A model generated the notes under the pieces. That model made no database searches. It saw nothing but the letters and a program-made list of their open reading frames with translations, and was not told the origin of the DNA. This document shows positions 37,076-47,213 of a stretch of 64,000 nt of DNA, one piece after another (within the stretch, counting starts at the first letter, position 1; each line of letters opens with the position of its first letter). The position numbers and the translations under genes were made by a program. This stretch comes from Patescibacteria group bacterium (lineage in GTDB: Bacteria > Patescibacteriota > Patescibacteriia > JBHPGJ01): assembly GCA_042570545.1 (NCBI GenBank), contig JBHPGJ010000004.1, positions 2,223-66,222 of the forward strand, written 5' to 3'.

Positions 37076-37759
37076 TTATCTAATAGTAGTACCCTCAAAT
37101 TTATCTTTTTCTAGGATGATTTTCTTCAAATTATTTAGGTTCTTACCTCGACAAATAATTACTTCAATACGTTTCTTTTTAGCATATCTGGCCGCTGTCG
37201 GATCAAATGGCCAGCTACCCCGGGGCTTGTAGGGCCCTACTTGCTTAATATATTCCTTCCATTGCATATTTTTTATCGGTTTTGCTTTGGGGTATTTATC
37301 AGGATCGGCTGTGTAAACATACTTAATATCAGAACAGTTTATCACTTTATGACATTTCAGTTTGCTGGCCGCTAATACTGCATCATAGTCGCTTGAACAA
37401 CCTGGCCGCCAGCCACCGCCTATCGTTATTGGTTTTTTACCAATAGTTAAACGACTGTAATCATAGATGATTGAACTATTAGCATCAGCACCAAAAAACT
37501 CCTTAAGTAAACTGGCATTTAACCACGTGCTATGAATACCAATCCAATCAAGTGATTTATCTGATCTAATGTTCAATTTATTCGCTGCCCTTACGTACTT
37601 TCTATTAACTTCTCCGCCTCCACAAATTATCACAAATTTATAACCATGTTTGATTAGATCCCTAATTAGGGTACGAAATTTTTTTAAAAAAGTGACATCA
37701 ATATCATTGGGAATAATCAATGAGCCACCCAAAGATAAAACTACAGTTTTATTCTTCAT
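37076..37759 (-). CDS. pyrH: UMP kinase, archaeal type
   Basis: VLSLGGS, ICGGG, PG.SSD.DA, VYTADP, PFDP.A. Confidence 0.88.
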   Translation of the reverse strand: MKNKTVVLSLGGSLIIPNDIDVTFLKKFRTLIRDLIKHGYKFVIICGGGEVNRKYVRAANKLNIRSDKSLDWIGIHSTWLNASLLKEFFGADANSSIIYDYSRLTIGKKPITIGGGWRPGCSSDYDAVLAASKLKCHKVINCSDIKYVYTADPDKYPKAKPIKNMQWKEYIKQVGPYKPRGSWPFDPTAARYAKKKRIEVIICRGKNLNNLKKIILEKDKFEGTTIR

Positions 37760-38778
37760 AAGTATTTACTCTTATTCTCTTTGTGTTCTTCGAAGTTCTT
37801 ACTAAATACGGTCGTACCGTCCGGCTTAGTCAGGAAATACCAATAATTATTTGATTCCGGATATATAGCTGCCCGGATCGATGACAGCGATGGATTGGTA
37901 ATGGGTCCGGGCGGCAGGCCACGATATAAATAAGTGTTATATGGAGAATCTACCTCAAGATCATCAGCTGAAGCAGCTGGAGTAGATTTTCCGGTGATAT
38001 AGTTGACCGTTGAGTCTGCTTCCAGGGCGATGCCCGCTTCTAACCGTCGCCAAAAAATATCAGCAGCAATTTCTCTATCTCGATCAGTTCTCACCTCCTT
38101 CTCGATGATTGAGGCCATAATTAAAATCTCATAAAAACTATTACCACTTGCCTCAATGTCAGCCATCACATCTTCACTTATTTTATCATGTAGCGCATCA
38201 AGCTGTCGCTGAATAATACTGGCAGCCGAAGAGTCTTTAAATATACGATAAGTATCAGGAAACAAATACCCTTCCAAATTAGCACTAGCTGGTTTACTGC
38301 CTAGTAGAGTATATTCTTTACCTGGTATAAGATCTCTCGAATCACTTGTATTAACCGCTGCTAAAAATTCTTCAGCCGACATAATTCCTTGCTCGGATAA
38401 ATAGGTCGCGATTTCATTACTATTCCAGCCTTCTATAAATTTAACTACCCGCTCATTGGAAATCGTCTGACCACCGGACAATACATTTACAATTTGTTGA
38501 ACGCTCATATTGCGCTGCAAATTAAAATTACCAGCCTGTAGTTCACTACTTGCTCCTTCTAACCAGACATATGTTTCAAAAACAAAAGTTGATTCAATAA
38601 AATCCTCATCTAACAACTCAGTTGCTATTCTTTTCACTCCCCAACCCTGCTCAACGATAAAGTCTACGGCCGTATTATCATTTCCATGAGGTTTGGTTAC
38701 AGACCGGATTGCCAACCAGAAAAAAACAGCAATTAGCAATATGATTATGAGAATAATGAGTAATTTATTTCGAGACAT
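37756..38778 (-). CDS. mltG: Endolytic murein transglycosylase
   Basis: EGYLFPDTY, ASIIEKE, SPYNTY..GLPPGPI.NP. Confidence 0.95.
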   Translation of the reverse strand: MSRNKLLIILIIILLIAVFFWLAIRSVTKPHGNDNTAVDFIVEQGWGVKRIATELLDEDFIESTFVFETYVWLEGASSELQAGNFNLQRNMSVQQIVNVLSGGQTISNERVVKFIEGWNSNEIATYLSEQGIMSAEEFLAAVNTSDSRDLIPGKEYTLLGSKPASANLEGYLFPDTYRIFKDSSAASIIQRQLDALHDKISEDVMADIEASGNSFYEILIMASIIEKEVRTDRDREIAADIFWRRLEAGIALEADSTVNYITGKSTPAASADDLEVDSPYNTYLYRGLPPGPITNPSLSSIRAAIYPESNNYWYFLTKPDGTTVFSKNFEEHKENKSKYL

Positions 38779-38780
38779 CT

Positions 38781-39863
38781 TTATAAATATTTATATTGCT
38801 TTCTTTGTTCTAATTCTTCAACTATTTTTTTCACATCACCCGAATATTCTTTTGAACAGATTAATAGCGCGTCACCGGTATCGACAATTACCACTCCGGA
38901 AAGCCCAACAACTCCAGTCATTCTTTTAGTATCACCGTAAACTAAACTATCTGATACGTTCTTTAGTATAACATTATTGGTAGTAATATTTTTATTGCCT
39001 GGTTTTAATATGTTTTTTACCAGGTACCACTTACCGGTATCACTCCAACCATATGATCCCGCACAAACAGCAATATTTTTTTCTTTACCAATTATTGCTT
39101 TTTCAATACTTATCGCCGGCATTGTCCGATAAAGCCTGCCAATAGTTTGTGAATAGTTTTTATGATCATAAGAAAGCTGGATTTTAAGAAGTTTATTGTA
39201 AATCGTTGGTTGGTGTTTTTCAAAAAGCGATAATATGGTTGATGTTTTCCATATATATAAACCAGTATGGGCAAACACGTTGTTTTGTTTTAGCAATTTC
39301 TTAATACGAAATAATTTAGGTTTTTCTATCCAGCGGTGGGTATTGAATATGGTTTGTCTTCCAAATTTACCTAAAGCCTTACCCAGTTCTATATAACTCA
39401 GACCGGTATCGGGTACTTTTAAATTTGAAGCTAAAGTGACTATCCTAAAAGGCTGTTTTTCAATATATCTTTCCGCTGCTTTTAGGGCACTTCTAAAGCC
39501 ACTAACATTGGTAAAAACATCATCCACCGTCAGGCTGGCAATCACCGGATCTATCGATCCGGTGGCCGCTTGAATAATAACCGATTCTAGTCCAATAGCT
39601 GGTCCGGTGTTTCTGCCGATGGGTTCGGCAATAATATTTTTCTTAGGAACTTTCGGGACCAATTTTTTCACGGTGGCAATAAATGGCTCGGTTACTGAGA
39701 TATAAATATCATTCCAACCATTAACTGCTGGTCGAATTTCATTTATTTTTTCTTCCAGCAAAGATCGCTTACCTAATAAAGGAAGAAATTGTTTTGGCGA
39801 CTGGCGCCGTGATAGAGGCCAAAGCCTGGTGCCGCTTCCTCCAGCACGAATAACTATTTTCAT
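38781..39863 (-). CDS. Mannose-1-phosphate guanylyltransferase family protein
   Basis: AGGSGTRLWPLSR..PKQF, EP.GRNTGPA, EKP, WSD.G. Confidence 0.88.
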   Translation of the reverse strand: MKIVIRAGGSGTRLWPLSRRQSPKQFLPLLGKRSLLEEKINEIRPAVNGWNDIYISVTEPFIATVKKLVPKVPKKNIIAEPIGRNTGPAIGLESVIIQAATGSIDPVIASLTVDDVFTNVSGFRSALKAAERYIEKQPFRIVTLASNLKVPDTGLSYIELGKALGKFGRQTIFNTHRWIEKPKLFRIKKLLKQNNVFAHTGLYIWKTSTILSLFEKHQPTIYNKLLKIQLSYDHKNYSQTIGRLYRTMPAISIEKAIIGKEKNIAVCAGSYGWSDTGKWYLVKNILKPGNKNITTNNVILKNVSDSLVYGDTKRMTGVVGLSGVVIVDTGDALLICSKEYSGDVKKIVEELEQRKQYKYL

Positions 39864-39991
39864 GATAATCCAGTTAATAAATTATTGGCATTCGTACTAC
39901 CAAAGCTAGTATTTAAAATATTTTTCGTCCTGTTTATAAGGACGGTCGAGTATAGTCTAATCACATTATTTAGTAATATCATAACTGAAAA

Positions 39992-40525
39992 TCATAGTTT
40001 ATGTTTTAGTCTTGCAAATTTAAGAACGGCGTATCCGACTTCTCCACCAATAAATTTATTATTCCATGCCATGGCTATGGCTTTTTTTATTGGTACCCAC
40101 AGAAGTTTAATGTCTTCATCAAAATCGGGTTTTGCTAAGCCGGCCTTGTAATCCAAAGTATAATAATAATACCGATCCCAACGTGAGGTTCCCCCGCTAT
40201 TAGCAACAAATAATTCTGTCAACTTGACTGGTCTTAGTCCAGTTTCTTCTTCCAGTTCTCTACCGGCTGCTTGTCGCGGTGATTCTCCTATATTGCGAAG
40301 TCCACCTGGTAATTTGTAGGCATAGTCTCGCCTGCCAGTCCTATATTCCTGGTTAATTAACAATCGCCATTTCTTATCAATAACTAAAACTGCTGCTGAG
40401 TCATTTTTTTCAATAACTTCATGCCATATAGTTCTACCGTTTGTTAACCGTACACTTTCCTCGCGGACAGTATATATTTTGCCTTTATATGAAATCTTTG
40501 AAGCGAGTATTTTGGGGGTAACCAT
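39992..40525 (-). CDS. NUDIX hydrolase (ADP-ribose pyrophosphatase-like)
   Basis: PGG....GESP..AA.RELEEETG. Confidence 0.85.
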   Translation of the reverse strand: MVTPKILASKISYKGKIYTVREESVRLTNGRTIWHEVIEKNDSAAVLVIDKKWRLLINQEYRTGRRDYAYKLPGGLRNIGESPRQAAGRELEEETGLRPVKLTELFVANSGGTSRWDRYYYYTLDYKAGLAKPDFDEDIKLLWVPIKKAIAMAWNNKFIGGEVGYAVLKFARLKHKL

Positions 40526-40533
40526 GTGATACT

Positions 40534-41211
40534 CTATTTTACCAAAGGTACGAATTGAAAGCCAGGTATCCTTTCCTCAATCAATTTACCTGATCTTTTT
40601 TTCAGTAAAACAACGTCTTGCAATGACTCGTCTCCTAGAAGAATATTCAGTTTTCTTCGATGAGATCTTATATCATTATCAATATTATGACCTACCGGCA
40701 ACACCATTCTCCCGTTATCAGCTAATTGATCAATTAATTTTGAAGGAATCTCTTTTACTGCTGCAGCTACGTGAATATTATTAAATGGGGCCAGAGCCGG
40801 CAATCCCTGGTAACCATCTCCGTGTATTAATTTTATGTTTTTTAATTTAATCTTTCTAATATTAGCCTGGGCCAAAGTTACTAATTCCTCGATTCGTTCT
40901 AAACCAAACACTTGGCCTTGTTGACCCACACAAACTGACAATAAGGCCGCTGACCAGCCCGAACCAGAACCAATATCAAGTACTTTGTCCCCGGCTTGAG
41001 GTTGAAGCAGCTCAATCATGATGGCGACGGTAGTCGGCTGAGAAATTGTTGCTTCATGGCCAATGCTTAGCGGTGCGTCAATATCGGCTTGGTGTCGATC
41101 TTCGGGCAATACAAAATCACTCCGATCAATTTTATGAAAAGCCGCAATTATTGAGTCTGTTTTCAGTACTCCATTTGCTACTAAATCATTTATTAGTTGA
41201 CTATATGACAT
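40534..41211 (-). CDS. pcm: Protein-L-isoaspartate O-methyltransferase
   Basis: TISQP, LDIGSGSGW, GDG..G, FVPL. Confidence 0.93.
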   Translation of the reverse strand: MSYSQLINDLVANGVLKTDSIIAAFHKIDRSDFVLPEDRHQADIDAPLSIGHEATISQPTTVAIMIELLQPQAGDKVLDIGSGSGWSAALLSVCVGQQGQVFGLERIEELVTLAQANIRKIKLKNIKLIHGDGYQGLPALAPFNNIHVAAAVKEIPSKLIDQLADNGRMVLPVGHNIDNDIRSHRRKLNILLGDESLQDVVLLKKRSGKLIEERIPGFQFVPLVK

Positions 41212-41267
41212 CTAATTGGTAAATAGTATGTTACCAGTATATCAATTTTCAAGTTTATCGCTAATAT

Positions 41268-41888
41268 ATGGAAGCTGATAAAACATCATCAATAAAACCA
41301 AAAAACTGGCGTCGGTGGCTAGGTATTTCACTTATGACCATAGGTGCGGCTATCATTATATATCCCCTCTGGCCAGTAATCCGGTATGAGATATTACGCC
41401 CTGAGCCCAGCTTTCCCTACGCTACAAAATTGAGTGCTAATCCTGAATTATTTCATCTACCAGAAATTAATACTAAATCAGAATTTATCCCCCAGGACAA
41501 CCGACTTGTCGTTCCTAAAATTGGCGTTGATATACCCATAACTGAAGGAGCTGATGAAAATGCTTTATATCGTGGCGCTTGGCGTATCCCCTATACATCA
41601 AATCCGATTGATGGTGGTAACACTGTTTTATCAGCTCATCGATTTCAATATACCGCTGGTCCGATGACCTTTTTTCTATTACCTAAATTAGAACCAGACG
41701 ATACTTTTATTGTCTATTGGCAAGGCCAAGAATACGATTATCAAGTTACTGATAAAAAAGTTGTTCATCGAAGTGAAGTAAGCGTATTAAACAACACCGA
41801 AAGCCCGCAAGTGACCCTCTTTACCTGCACCCCGGTTTATCAAAGAAATTCGGAGTGGCGCTTAGTTATTATTGGCGAGCCCATATAA
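41268..41888 (+). CDS. Sortase
   Basis: N-terminal TM; GN.VLSAHR, TLFTC, R catalytic triad. Confidence 0.9.
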   Translation: MEADKTSSIKPKNWRRWLGISLMTIGAAIIIYPLWPVIRYEILRPEPSFPYATKLSANPELFHLPEINTKSEFIPQDNRLVVPKIGVDIPITEGADENALYRGAWRIPYTSNPIDGGNTVLSAHRFQYTAGPMTFFLLPKLEPDDTFIVYWQGQEYDYQVTDKKVVHRSEVSVLNNTESPQVTLFTCTPVYQRNSEWRLVIIGEPI

Positions 41889-41973
41889 AAAAACTCTAAG
41901 TTATATGGATTTTCATCAATGGGATTGACAAAATCGCAATTTTGTAGTACAATTTCGTGTTAATATTGAAACT

Positions 41974-43404
41974 ATGAAATCTAGCAGCAACAAAAAAAGA
42001 AGACTCCATCATCGGGCGAAAAAGCACCTGCACCATTTTTTTATTCCTCATGAGGGCAATAATTATCACCCGCACTCTATACGCCGACCATCATTACGAA
42101 TATACAGTGCAATTTTAATTTTTAGTAAAATATTTTTAGCTGTATTTTTATTTCTTCTTTACCCATCACCTGCCCAATTCTCCAGTCTCAGCACCTCGAA
42201 CATTGTATCACTTACTAACAGTTCACGAGCTGAAGCAAATTTGGGTGCGCTGTCCGTAAGCTCCCAGCTAACCTCAGCCGCCGAGGCCAAAGCTAATGAT
42301 ATGCTGGCCAGAGACTATTTTGCCCACACCACACCTGACGGCAAACCCTTCTACAAGTGGGTACAAGAGGCGGGATATAGTTATTCCTTATCCGGTGAGA
42401 ATTTAGCTTTAGATTTTTCCAGCGCCGAATCCGCTCATAATGCATTAATGGCTTCTACTTCTCATCGCGACAACATTCTTAATCCAAAATTTAAAAACAT
42501 CGGTTTAGCCGTAGTCAGCGGTGATTTCAATGGTCGTGATACTTTTGTTTTAGTTGAGTTGTTCGGTAATCCTTATCAAGAGCCGGTACCAGAACCAGAG
42601 CCTGAGCCGGTACCAGAACCAGAGCCTGAGCCGGTACCGACCGAAATAACCCAGGTACCAGAGGCCCCACAGCTAGCAGCTAAGTTCGTATCCCAATCGG
42701 ATGACAGTATTGATGTTATCTTGGGACAAGAAGCAGCCTTCGTTATCAATTATCAAAACGTTGGTGAATTAGAATGGACCAACGACGGTGAAAAAAGAAT
42801 TGATGTGAACCTGGCTGATCCCGCTGATCGAACAAGTCTATTTATCCATCAGGATTGGCTAAATGCCAGTCAGCCTACTTCACTAATTGAAGAATCTGTA
42901 GTAACTGATGATACTGGCACCTTCCGTCTCCCATTACAGGCCCCGGAAATTCTAGGTACTTTTTCTGAATCTTTCAGTCTGGTAGACAATAGTAAAAGTC
43001 AAATTGAAGGTGGACAATTTACTATTCCGGTGAGAGTACATAATCCCATCTTAACCATTACCAGAAGCTTGGCTTCAACGGTGGAATTTCAAAATGAACC
43101 GGTACTACTATATTCAGCCGAGGAGCTTAATCGTTTGCTAAGTACAAATTCTGAATTACAGACCGGTCAAGTGCTAGCCAGTGAAGATAGTCCACAACAA
43201 GCAATAAATATTGCAAACACAATCTTCTGGGCAATATTTATATTCCTAGTAATTGTTCTGGTATTTAACTTACTTGTCGAAGTTAGGGTACAACACTCAC
43301 ACGCTATCTTCCATACTGTTTTGGTGCTAATAATGGCCGGTTTGATGTTAGCCGTTAAATTACACTTCGTCGAAAACCTACCAACAATGATGCAAATAGT
43401 ATAA
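41974..43404 (+). CDS. CAP/SCP-domain surface protein with PE linker, Ig-like domain and C-terminal TMs
   Basis: KA.DM...YFAH, GENLA, S.SHR.NIL; EPVPEP repeats. Confidence 0.85.
   Translation: MKSSSNKKRRLHHRAKKHLHHFFIPHEGNNYHPHSIRRPSLRIYSAILIFSKIFLAVFLFLLYPSPAQFSSLSTSNIVSLTNSSRAEANLGALSVSSQLTSAAEAKANDMLARDYFAHTTPDGKPFYKWVQEAGYSYSLSGENLALDFSSAESAHNALMASTSHRDNILNPKFKNIGLAVVSGDFNGRDTFVLVELFGNPYQEPVPEPEPEPVPEPEPEPVPTEITQVPEAPQLAAKFVSQSDDSIDVILGQEAAFVINYQNVGELEWTNDGEKRIDVNLADPADRTSLFIHQDWLNASQPTSLIEESVVTDDTGTFRLPLQAPEILGTFSESFSLVDNSKSQIEGGQFTIPVRVHNPILTITRSLASTVEFQNEPVLLYSAEELNRLLSTNSELQTGQVLASEDSPQQAINIANTIFWAIFIFLVIVLVFNLLVEVRVQHSHAIFHTVLVLIMAGLMLAVKLHFVENLPTMMQIV
42580..42638 (+). repeat. 24-bp tandem repeat x2.5 (EPVPEPEP linker)
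   Basis: GAGCCGGTACCAGAACCAGAGCCT exact copies. Confidence 0.9.
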
Positions 43405-43471
43405 GTTTGACAACCCGGGTTGTCAGCTATATTATTTAGATACTCTCAATATTAACAATTATCTTTAAAAT

Positions 43472-44473
43472 ATGAATAAACTCAAACTGGCTGGAGGGGC
43501 CATCATGCTTTTCCTTAGTGTTTTCGTATTAACCCAACCAGCAAAGGCAGCAGTATCCTATGACCTAAGTCCTACCTCGGCTGAAATAAAAGCTGGAGAA
43601 TCGATTCAGTTTAATGTTATTAAGACATCGGCTGAGATAGAAACCAACGTAACTGATCTGGCTAAATTTGATGAAAACGATCCGATTGGAAACATGACCA
43701 GCAATAAATACAATGCTGGTCAAGCTGGCAATTGGACGATAACTGTCAAAATTGATGACCAAGTTTTAAAAGCAAAAATTAGTGTTTCTGTCGGTGAGGC
43801 AGCTAGGATAAAGATAAGCCCTTCGGCCGAAACCACCGATATAACAATTGGTCAAACACAGCAGTATGAAGCTGAAGCTTTCGATAAATTTAATAATAAA
43901 TTAGATAGCGATCAGATAAAGTGGTCTGGCGCTTATAGCTTGGGTACGATCGATGACAACGGATTGTTTACGGCTCAGCGTCCAGGCAGTAGCCAAATAA
44001 TTGCTACCGCTGATCAAATAATTGCCGTGGCACCCATTACCGTCGTCAGAATAATACCAGTAGAGGGTGAAAATACTAATGGTCAGGATTCAGCTGATAC
44101 AAATACTAATGAAGAATCAGCCATCGAAACAGACGTTACCGAAGAAAGTGCAGAACAATCTGAAGTTCTGGCGACTTCTGAGGAAACCAAGATAGACAGT
44201 AATTGCTCATCTATGCCCTGGTGGGCCTGGTTACTATCAAGTATCGGCTTCTTAGCTATAATTCATATCTATCATTACTTTATAAGAAAAAATAAAGCCA
44301 ATAATCTATTAATTGTTACGTTAGTCGCCGTGGTAGCCGCTGTTTGGCTGTATTACGCTTTCCGCTGTGGTGGTGAATATCCATGGGTAGTCTGGCTAAT
44401 TATTATCGGCTCATTGGTCATTACTCTATTGCGACCCAGATCATTTGAGGCTCAGTACGGCGAAGACCTGTAA
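43472..44473 (+). CDS. Secreted Ig-like (Big-type) protein with 3 C-terminal TMs
   Basis: Signal peptide; I.P....G.TQ..A..D...N...W....G.ID..GLFTA. Confidence 0.7.
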   Translation: MNKLKLAGGAIMLFLSVFVLTQPAKAAVSYDLSPTSAEIKAGESIQFNVIKTSAEIETNVTDLAKFDENDPIGNMTSNKYNAGQAGNWTITVKIDDQVLKAKISVSVGEAARIKISPSAETTDITIGQTQQYEAEAFDKFNNKLDSDQIKWSGAYSLGTIDDNGLFTAQRPGSSQIIATADQIIAVAPITVVRIIPVEGENTNGQDSADTNTNEESAIETDVTEESAEQSEVLATSEETKIDSNCSSMPWWAWLLSSIGFLAIIHIYHYFIRKNKANNLLIVTLVAVVAAVWLYYAFRCGGEYPWVVWLIIIGSLVITLLRPRSFEAQYGEDL

Positions 44474-44484
44474 ATCTCATTATA

Positions 44485-44510
44485 AAACCCCCGCTAAGAC
44501 GGGGGTTTTT
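44485..44510. terminator. Bidirectional intrinsic terminator
   Basis: AAAACCCCCG-ctaaga-CGGGGGTTTTT. Confidence 0.85.
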
Positions 44511-44512
44511 GG

Positions 44513-45313
44513 TTAGGTAAAAAACAATAATAAAATAATTCCCAGGATTATTCGATACCAAGCAAATAGATATAGTTTATGATTGGTTAAATATTTTAAC
44601 AGCCAGGCAATGGCTATCCAGCCAAATATAAAAGCGGTGGCTATGCCTATCATCCACACTGAAATATCTTCACTGTTCAAATTAAGAGCGGATAAATCCA
44701 CAAACTTTTTCAAACCAGCTCCGAAAATTACCGGCAAAGCAAGCAGAAAAGAAAATCTGGCAGCGGTAGCCCGTGATAAACTTAATCCCATTCCGGCAAT
44801 TATGGTTATGCCCGAACGCGATGTACCCGGTATCAAAGCTATTGCTTGAGCCAAACCAATTATAATACTATCTAGCCATTTTATATCTGTCAGTTGTCTT
44901 TGCCCCTTGGCCCATTTCTCAATGCCTAACATTAATAGCCCTATAATTATCAACATGACAGCGACTGGGGAAACTGTACGAAACGCACTATCAATTACTT
45001 CTTCATAGAAAAATCCAATTAACGTAGCTGGTATGGTACCCAACAATAGCAACCAGGCCAAGTATTTTGGATAATCTTTATTTTCACGATTGCCATTAAC
45101 AAATGATCTTAAAATATTAAGCAAGTCTTTTCTAAAATAAACCAGCAGAGCAAACAAGGTGCCAATATGTAGCGACACATCAAAGCTAAGAGACGTTTCT
45201 CCGTTAACTGAAAATAATTCATGTAATACTACTAAATGTCCAGAACTAGATACGGGAACAAATTCTGTTATCCCCTGTACAACACCGAAAATAATTGCTT
45301 CAATTATATTCAT
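44513..45313 (-). CDS. uppP: Undecaprenyl-diphosphatase (BacA)
   Basis: QGITEF.PVSSSGH, PGTSRSG, RFSFLL. Confidence 0.96.
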   Translation of the reverse strand: MNIIEAIIFGVVQGITEFVPVSSSGHLVVLHELFSVNGETSLSFDVSLHIGTLFALLVYFRKDLLNILRSFVNGNRENKDYPKYLAWLLLLGTIPATLIGFFYEEVIDSAFRTVSPVAVMLIIIGLLMLGIEKWAKGQRQLTDIKWLDSIIIGLAQAIALIPGTSRSGITIIAGMGLSLSRATAARFSFLLALPVIFGAGLKKFVDLSALNLNSEDISVWMIGIATAFIFGWIAIAWLLKYLTNHKLYLFAWYRIILGIILLLFFT

Positions 45314-45327
45314 AAAGTAAATCAGTT

Positions 45328-45765
45328 ATGAATATACCATACTTATTAATAATACCAATAATAGTAGGCGGTATCACTCAGATAATCAAGTTTATTGTCG
45401 ATGGTGTCCGTAATAAATCATGGGACATTAAAGTACTAAAAAGCTACGGCGGTATGCCTTCGGGTCACGCTGCTTTTGTTGTTTCTTTGGCGACAATTAT
45501 TGGTCTAGATCAGGGCTTGGCTTCTCCTGCATTTGCCATTACCGTTGTATTTGCTCTTATTATTATTCGCGATGCTGTTGGATTGAGAATGTATCTTGGG
45601 CGTCACGGTAAAACCATTAATCGACTTACCCGCCTCTTGCCTGAGGATGAACAGTTTCGGTTTCCCGTATTACGAGAGAGACTGGGACACAATTACAGCG
45701 AAGCCACTGTCGGTGGTATTATCGGTTTAGCTCTTGGTTATTTGTTCTACCTATTACTTATGTAG
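45328..45765 (+). CDS. Divergent PAP2 family protein (DUF212)
   Basis: GGMPSGH, DA.GLR, LRE.LGH. Confidence 0.88.
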   Translation: MNIPYLLIIPIIVGGITQIIKFIVDGVRNKSWDIKVLKSYGGMPSGHAAFVVSLATIIGLDQGLASPAFAITVVFALIIIRDAVGLRMYLGRHGKTINRLTRLLPEDEQFRFPVLRERLGHNYSEATVGGIIGLALGYLFYLLLM

Positions 45766-46627
45766 ACTGACATAACGGACAATAGTGTGTACCGCGTCCG
45801 GCGACACGTATTTTTTTTATTTTGGTTCGACAACGATGACAATTCTGATTAATACGATTATAAACTTTTAAATAGGGTTCATACCCTCCGCGGCTCCCAT
45901 CGCCTCTAGTATAATTGCGAACAGTAGTACCCTTAGATTTTATGGCCATCAACAATATGTTCCTGATACATTTATAAAGTTTATTTGCCTCAGCGTGTGA
46001 TAGCCGACCACTCAGCCTACTAGGCTTAATTTTGGCACAATATAATGATTCGTCAGCGTAAATATTACCTAAACCGGCGATATTTTTTTGATCCAATAGT
46101 AGTGCTTTTAAAGGTCGTTTTTTATATCGGCGACTGAGCTGCCACAGCAGCTTGGGTGAAAATTCATTTGACAATGGCTCTGGTCCCAGCTTAAGCTCTG
46201 CCACCAATCTATCAGCTTGCTTATCTGATAATATTTTTACCCAACCAAATTGTCTGAGATCGTTATGGTATAAAGTTGTTTTGTCAGATAAATAATAAAT
46301 TACGTGAGTATATTTATTAGGCGAATTAGTAATACCAGTTGCCAAAGTATGGCCACCGGCTAGAATTTTATTGCCTTTTTGCCATATCAATTGTCCCGTC
46401 ATTTTTAAATGTATCAACACTCGCCAGTTATTATTTAACTGAAAAATTACGATCTTAGCCCGCCTATTAATCGACATGATCTTCTTGCCGTTTACAATTT
46501 TGTTAAATTTGCTTGACGATAAGTTGGCAATTTTCGGCAAATTTATTTTTACACGCTTAAATTTTCTACCCACCAATCGACGACGCAGGTCACGAACGAC
46601 AGTCTCAACTTCTGGTAATTCGGGCAT
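45758..46627 (-). CDS. mutM: Formamidopyrimidine-DNA glycosylase
   Basis: MPELPEVE, HLKMTG, GLGNIYADE, C-terminal zinc finger. Confidence 0.97.
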   Translation of the reverse strand: MPELPEVETVVRDLRRRLVGRKFKRVKINLPKIANLSSSKFNKIVNGKKIMSINRRAKIVIFQLNNNWRVLIHLKMTGQLIWQKGNKILAGGHTLATGITNSPNKYTHVIYYLSDKTTLYHNDLRQFGWVKILSDKQADRLVAELKLGPEPLSNEFSPKLLWQLSRRYKKRPLKALLLDQKNIAGLGNIYADESLYCAKIKPSRLSGRLSHAEANKLYKCIRNILLMAIKSKGTTVRNYTRGDGSRGGYEPYLKVYNRINQNCHRCRTKIKKIRVAGRGTHYCPLCQST

Positions 46628-46881
46628 TATTTCCTTTTAACTCCCAATTTTAATAATTCTTTTTCTATCGCATGTGCCAGTCGATTACCGACGCCCGGTA
46701 TTTTTTCCAAACCCCTCAACCAGGAGCGCTGATATATTACATCTACGCCTTCGGGGTGACTTTCCAATGCTTCAGCGGCACGGCGTAAAGCAATTATGCG
46801 GTATACTACCTTACCTTGCCGTTCAAGTAAATCAGCTTTGGCGCGGAAAATTTCGGCAATTTTCTTATTTATATCTATCAT
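46627..46881 (-). CDS. Stand-alone PolX N-terminal helix-hairpin-helix (HHH_8) domain
   Basis: N..IA.IF...AD.L......R..A.RRAA..L.....LEKIPGVG...A..I. Confidence 0.75.
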   Translation of the reverse strand: MIDINKKIAEIFRAKADLLERQGKVVYRIIALRRAAEALESHPEGVDVIYQRSWLRGLEKIPGVGNRLAHAIEKELLKLGVKRK

Positions 46882-47213
46882 TACTCACTTAGAAATGTAG
46901 CTCCCGCCTCCATCTCCACCCAGTTGTCTCCCCCTTCATCCCGATAGGCTTTAAAGGTAAAAGTTTTTTCGGTGTCCGATGTTAAATATTCAATTGTTTT
47001 CTGACTACCGATCCTTCTGGCTCCAACTGCCTTGGTGCCGAGAACCAAGGGCTTGCCGGTAAATTCCAGCTTCATCCGACCTAGCGGTCCAGCAAAAATG
47101 ATCGTTTCTACTGTTCCGTCAGGGATATTTTCTAAAGGTAAAGTTTCGTGTTTTTCTATTTCGAATTTATCTTTTACTAAACCAACTATTTCTTGCCATT
47201 TTTCATCGGTCAT
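46881..47213 (-). CDS. Hypothetical protein
   Basis: Compact ORF in the same operon; M.DEKW....KDKF, GP.G.MKLE. Confidence 0.7.
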   Translation of the reverse strand: MTDEKWQEIVGLVKDKFEIEKHETLPLENIPDGTVETIIFAGPLGRMKLEFTGKPLVLGTKAVGARRIGSQKTIEYLTSDTEKTFTFKAYRDEGGDNWVEMEAGATFLSE

